A stretch of 53,206 nucleotides of DNA from Oscillatoria sp. PMC 1068.18 (GTDB taxonomy: Bacteria; Cyanobacteriota; Cyanobacteriia; Cyanobacteriales; SIO1D9): positions 1 to 53,206 of the forward strand of contig JAWQFW010000006.1 of assembly GCA_035968095.1 (NCBI GenBank), read 5' to 3'. The notes beneath the pieces are model-generated. The model had not been told where the DNA came from. It made no database searches and worked only from the letters and a program-made list of their open reading frames with translations. Within the stretch, counting starts at the first letter, position 1. Every line of letters starts with the position of its first letter. Below are positions 49,415 through 53,206 of this stretch, piece by piece. Made by a program: the position numbers and the translations under genes.

Positions 49415-50734
49415 TTAAGAACTAGATTTAGCAGGTAAAGCAAATAACCCATTCTGGTGATTATTAACAGGTTCAGAAACAGGCTCCTCCTTCGCATTTA
49501 ATGCCAAACCAAGCATGAGAATTCCGGGCCAATATATGTGCGCCAAAATATCTAATTCTTCAATAAAAGAAAAGCACAAAAAGACTAAATAGACACTCAA
49601 ACCTACCCGCGCAGTTACATTTTTTTGTGCCTTTCTAAATAACTCAATAAAAGTGTACAACATCGGAATAGCTACAGCAGTGCAACCAACAAGTCCTTTA
49701 GTATAAAGAAGATTGACCCAACTCCCACAACCAGAAGTACCAATTGGGAAACGATAAGTATAAGCTGGGCCTTCTTTTTCAATATAGCCATGACCCCAAA
49801 TTGGGGCATATTTCCACCATCTTTCGAGAGACATTCGGACTAAAGTTATTCTTAAATCAGATGAGTTTTCTCGCACGCTATGAAAGCGTTCAATAAATAC
49901 TTCTAGGAAATGTTTTAAAGGAACCCCGAAAAGACCACCAAGAAAACATAAAGTAGCGCTAGCAAAATGCAGAATAGGCTTACCTAAGTTAACTAAGCCC
50001 CAACTGGCAAAGAGAATAAAAGGAAAGCTAACTGTAGCTAGTCGCGAGATAGGTGTAAGGATTATTAGCACAGAAATACTTGTGGCGAGAAAGCGCAATT
50101 TTTGATCGGTTTCTTGACGTACCATGAAGAAAAACATCATGCCCACCATTGCCATATTTGGTGCCCAAGGTGAATATAAAGTGGTGCGCATTTGATTGTT
50201 ATCAGCGTCAAAAATATACAGTACCACGCGATAAAAGTCTGAGTCTCCTCCTAAGACAGAAATGGGGGAAGTATATAACTCTCCTGGTAGACCTACAAAA
50301 AAGGCGAGATAGGAAAGTATAATTAAGGGAAAACTTTGTAAACAGAGAAGACAAACGGCGCGATAAAGTAATTGTGGGCGAATTTTTAGGCAAGCAATGA
50401 GGGGAAATAATGCCCAAAGCGCCCATTCTCGATTCCATTTAATTAAGGATCTAATTAGTCTACCTGCACCTAAATCTAATTGGAAGTGGGCGATAATTAT
50501 CCCAAAAAGCATGATTAGTAAACAGATTACCCATACCCAAACTGAGAAGGGAATTGTAATTTTTGATTCTGGGGGTGTATCAGGTGTTTGACACCAAAGT
50601 TTGTTGACGAGATAAAGGAAGAGAAGCCAAGCGACGGCGGGCATAATTAGGGGTTGCGCGCCTAAATAGTAAACGAGATAAGTGCTGAGTAATAAGTACC
50701 AAACTACTTTTTCTTCAAAGTTTTGTGGTTTCAT
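49415..50734 (-). CDS. O-antigen ligase/Wzy-like polymerase
   Basis: Multi-TM; SR, S...R, PIWGHG, LLYTKG.VG motifs. Confidence 0.78.
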   Translation of the reverse strand: MKPQNFEEKVVWYLLLSTYLVYYLGAQPLIMPAVAWLLFLYLVNKLWCQTPDTPPESKITIPFSVWVWVICLLIMLFGIIIAHFQLDLGAGRLIRSLIKWNREWALWALFPLIACLKIRPQLLYRAVCLLCLQSFPLIILSYLAFFVGLPGELYTSPISVLGGDSDFYRVVLYIFDADNNQMRTTLYSPWAPNMAMVGMMFFFMVRQETDQKLRFLATSISVLIILTPISRLATVSFPFILFASWGLVNLGKPILHFASATLCFLGGLFGVPLKHFLEVFIERFHSVRENSSDLRITLVRMSLERWWKYAPIWGHGYIEKEGPAYTYRFPIGTSGCGSWVNLLYTKGLVGCTAVAIPMLYTFIELFRKAQKNVTARVGLSVYLVFLCFSFIEELDILAHIYWPGILMLGLALNAKEEPVSEPVNNHQNGLFALPAKSSS

Positions 50735-51738
50735 GAATTCTTTTCTTTTAAGTAATCTTTAACAAAGCCGCCCATATAGTTTTCGCCGACGAGAAGATTC
50801 CAGTTGCGGTCGAACATTTCTGGTTTCCATTCGTAGTCTGCTACCCAAGCGGTCCAGCCGAGATTGTAGCGATCCATTTTGCGTTTGAGGGGGATACCAA
50901 AGTCGGAAATTGTGCCGCTTGTGGGATAGTCTGCGCCGTTTCTAAAGCCCCATTCGGTGACGATCATTGGTAGTTTGTCGGCGAAGTCAAAAATCCATTC
51001 GTCCCAGAATTGTTGGGCTAATCCGGGGTAAATGTGGGGTGCATAAATGATGTTTTCACCTGTGATGGGATTTGCTAAGGTATCAAAGAAATGTTGATTC
51101 CAGTGGGGTGCGCCGACGATGATAATATTTTTGGGTGCGGCGGTGCGAATTAAGTTTACCCAAGGTTGAACAATTTGTTTCCATTCTGTCCAACTGGTTT
51201 TGGTTTTGTTTTCGTTGAAAACTTCAAAGATGATGTTGGGATAGTCTTTAAATTTGGGGGCGATATCGCGCCAAAATGTGGTGGTTTCTGTGGTATATTC
51301 GGCTGGGTCTTTGACGTAATGCCAGTCGATTATACAATAAACTTTTTGTTCTAAGCATTTGTCGGCGGCGGGTTTGAGGAAATTTTCATAGTATCCTTGG
51401 GGGTTTTCGTTGTATCCTAGTCTGCGGTTGGGGTTAACCATTAAACGGAAAATGTTGGCGTGCCAACCGCGATTAGGGTCGCTCATTTCTGCGATTAGTT
51501 CTAGGGGTGATTTGCTGGGTTTGCCTTCTTCGAGTCGATACTGATGGAGGGCTAAATCGGGTAGGGCGATACCGCGTAAAATTATTTTATTTCCTTGGGG
51601 ATCTTGGATGTCTCTACCTACGACTTGTAGCCAAGGTGTGCCTCGGATGGCTTCTACTTGGTGGTTAAAGTCGGCAAAAAAGAGGATTGATAATAAACAA
51701 GAAATTAAGAAAATTATGCCGAAGATTTTTTTTGACAT
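50731..51738 (-). CDS. Glycoside hydrolase family 5 (cellulase-like), N-terminal signal/anchor
   Basis: IIDWH, IFEVFNE (acid/base), H.Y, IVTEWG (nucleophile), WTAW; ATGA overlap with the wzy-like gene. Confidence 0.88.
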   Translation of the reverse strand: MSKKIFGIIFLISCLLSILFFADFNHQVEAIRGTPWLQVVGRDIQDPQGNKIILRGIALPDLALHQYRLEEGKPSKSPLELIAEMSDPNRGWHANIFRLMVNPNRRLGYNENPQGYYENFLKPAADKCLEQKVYCIIDWHYVKDPAEYTTETTTFWRDIAPKFKDYPNIIFEVFNENKTKTSWTEWKQIVQPWVNLIRTAAPKNIIIVGAPHWNQHFFDTLANPITGENIIYAPHIYPGLAQQFWDEWIFDFADKLPMIVTEWGFRNGADYPTSGTISDFGIPLKRKMDRYNLGWTAWVADYEWKPEMFDRNWNLLVGENYMGGFVKDYLKEKNS

Positions 51739-52106
51739 TGTGGCTCGAATGAGTATAATTTACAAATCTAGTTAATTTTGGGATGGGGGAGAGATTTTTT
51801 TTTATTCAGTGAGTTTGTTATTTTTTGAGTTGATCGGCGATCGCTAATTTGGGTTTTCTAGTTCTTTGTCTATGCTAGAGGCGGTGTTGATAGCTGGTTG
51901 CTAGTTGCTAGAGAAAATTTTGTTGGTGATGTTAATTAATTAAAGAGAAAATTAAGCCGCTTGTATTTTACAATCTCGATCAGGATCTAGCCTACTACCA
52001 CGAATTTGAAATTGTTGATCACAGGATTTGCTATTTGTCAAGGAATGGGTGTAAATATTGAGATTGTGTTTGCTAATCAGCAGCTTGACCCGATCGAGGG
52101 ACTGAT

Positions 52107-53132
52107 ATGAAACTCGTTTCTGTTGTAATTCCGGTGTACGGAGTAGAAAAGTATATTGCTGCCAGTATAACGTCGGTTTTGGCGCAGACCTACTCTAATT
52201 TTGAACTGTTGCTGGTGATTGATGGTTCGCGCGATCGCAGCCAAGAAATTTGCGAGGAATTTAGCGATTCGCGAATTAAAATTATTCAGCAAGAAAATCG
52301 AGGGGTTTCGGCGGCGAGAAATAATGGTATTCGCCACTCTCAAGGGGAATATCTGGCTTTTCTCGATGCGGACGATCTTTGGCTACCAGAAAAGTTGGCT
52401 GCTCATGTGGAGCATTTAGAGGCTAATCCGCAAGTTGGAGTTAGCTTTAGTCGTTCGGCTTTTATCGACGAAGATGGTAAATCTTTGGGAATTTATCAAA
52501 TGCCGAGGTTAAAGGAAATTGCTCCGGTAAATATTCTCTGTCGGAATCCTGTGGGTAACGGTTCGGCTCCGGTGGTACGCCGTCAGACTCTAGAGGAGAT
52601 AAAATACCAAAAAGAAGATCGGGGTAAGTGGTTCGATTGTTATTTTGACGAACAACTGAACCACCAGGAAGATATTGAATGTTGGCTGCGAATTTCACTC
52701 TCTACTTCTTGGCAAGTCGAAGGAATTCCTCAAGCGTTAACTCTTTACCGGGTCAACTTTGCTGGGGCTTCGACGAATATTTATCAGCAGTTAGATTATT
52801 TGGAAATTATGCTGGCAAAAACTGAAATTTATGCTCCAGAGTTAATTGCTCGTTGGGGAAATGCAACTAGAGCTTATCAACTACGTTATGTTGCCAGAAG
52901 ATTAGTGAGTTTGCGTGATGGCGGTGGTGCGGTTAAACTAACTCAGCAGGCGATCGCTACTTATCCCCAAATTATTCTCGCTGAACCACGGCGCACGTTC
53001 CTTACTTTAGCTGCGGCTTATTCTCTGTGGCTACTACCGCAAAAGTTCTATCAGCGTCTCGAAAGTTTCATGATGGAACAAACAGGTAAAAGCCAAAAAC
53101 GCCGTATTCTCAAGGATAGGGATGAACAGTGA
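52107..53132 (+). CDS. Glycosyltransferase family 2
   Basis: VSVVIPVY, DGSRD, QENRGVSAARN, FLDADD, EDIECWLR. Confidence 0.93.
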   Translation: MKLVSVVIPVYGVEKYIAASITSVLAQTYSNFELLLVIDGSRDRSQEICEEFSDSRIKIIQQENRGVSAARNNGIRHSQGEYLAFLDADDLWLPEKLAAHVEHLEANPQVGVSFSRSAFIDEDGKSLGIYQMPRLKEIAPVNILCRNPVGNGSAPVVRRQTLEEIKYQKEDRGKWFDCYFDEQLNHQEDIECWLRISLSTSWQVEGIPQALTLYRVNFAGASTNIYQQLDYLEIMLAKTEIYAPELIARWGNATRAYQLRYVARRLVSLRDGGGAVKLTQQAIATYPQIILAEPRRTFLTLAAAYSLWLLPQKFYQRLESFMMEQTGKSQKRRILKDRDEQ

Positions 53133-53206
53133 ACAGTTATCAGTTATCAGTTACCAGTGAACAGTTACCAGTGAACAGTTACCAGTGAACAGTTATCAGT
53201 TAACAT
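53123..53206. repeat. STRR heptamer repeat (TGAACAG/TTATCAG/TTACCAG)
   Basis: About 12 tandem heptamers running to the window end; includes the GT2 stop codon. Confidence 0.9.

Noticed and set aside
931-52698. Short ORFs nested in or antisense to long genes (e.g. 931-1143, 9092-9807, 13518-13994, 25441-26805, 32598-32945, 33322-33681, 35592-40665, 50208-51354, 52077-52698)
   Set aside because: They overlap well-supported CDSs and have no recognisable motifs; consistent with shadow ORFs.

Overview
Cyanobacterial chromosomal DNA. It is AT-rich, carries frequent HIP1 GCGATCGC octamers and heptameric STRR tandem repeats, and contains ebsA. From left to right: (1) a small putative defence island with the 5' end of an Rpn-family gene, a BrnT/BrnA toxin-antitoxin pair and an SF2 helicase fused to a PD-(D/E)xK nuclease (Hna-like). 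(2) A ~12 kb candidate amino-lipid/sphingolipid-like cluster (4998-17292). It encodes a serine-palmitoyltransferase-like alpha-oxoamine synthase, a bacterial ceramide-synthase-like GNAT, an extended SDR reductase, a Rieske oxygenase, an MFS transporter, a fatty-acid hydroxylase, an Mpo1/DUF962 protein, an amidohydrolase and a GH3 acyl-amido synthetase, and is interrupted by a repeat-flanked DUF5615/DUF433/UPF0175 cassette. (3) GST-omega-like reductase, Coq4-like protein, C69 peptidase, ABC exporter and MscS. (4) A signalling block with recX, a hybrid kinase whose ethylene-receptor-like domain has His->Tyr at a copper-site position, a K+ channel and a REC-HK-REC protein. (5) ebsA, a DRTGG protein, an FHA protein, a 2085-aa DUF4347/malectin/beta-propeller protein and thiO. 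(6) A Wzx/Wzy-type polysaccharide cluster with a GH5 hydrolase. I saw no rRNA, tRNA, CRISPR array or intact IS. All functional calls come from motif recognition by eye; no database search was run. The strongest candidate for an undescribed system is the sphingolipid-like cluster. A second sequence-level observation is that G+T/A+C skew appears to flip at HIP1 sites.
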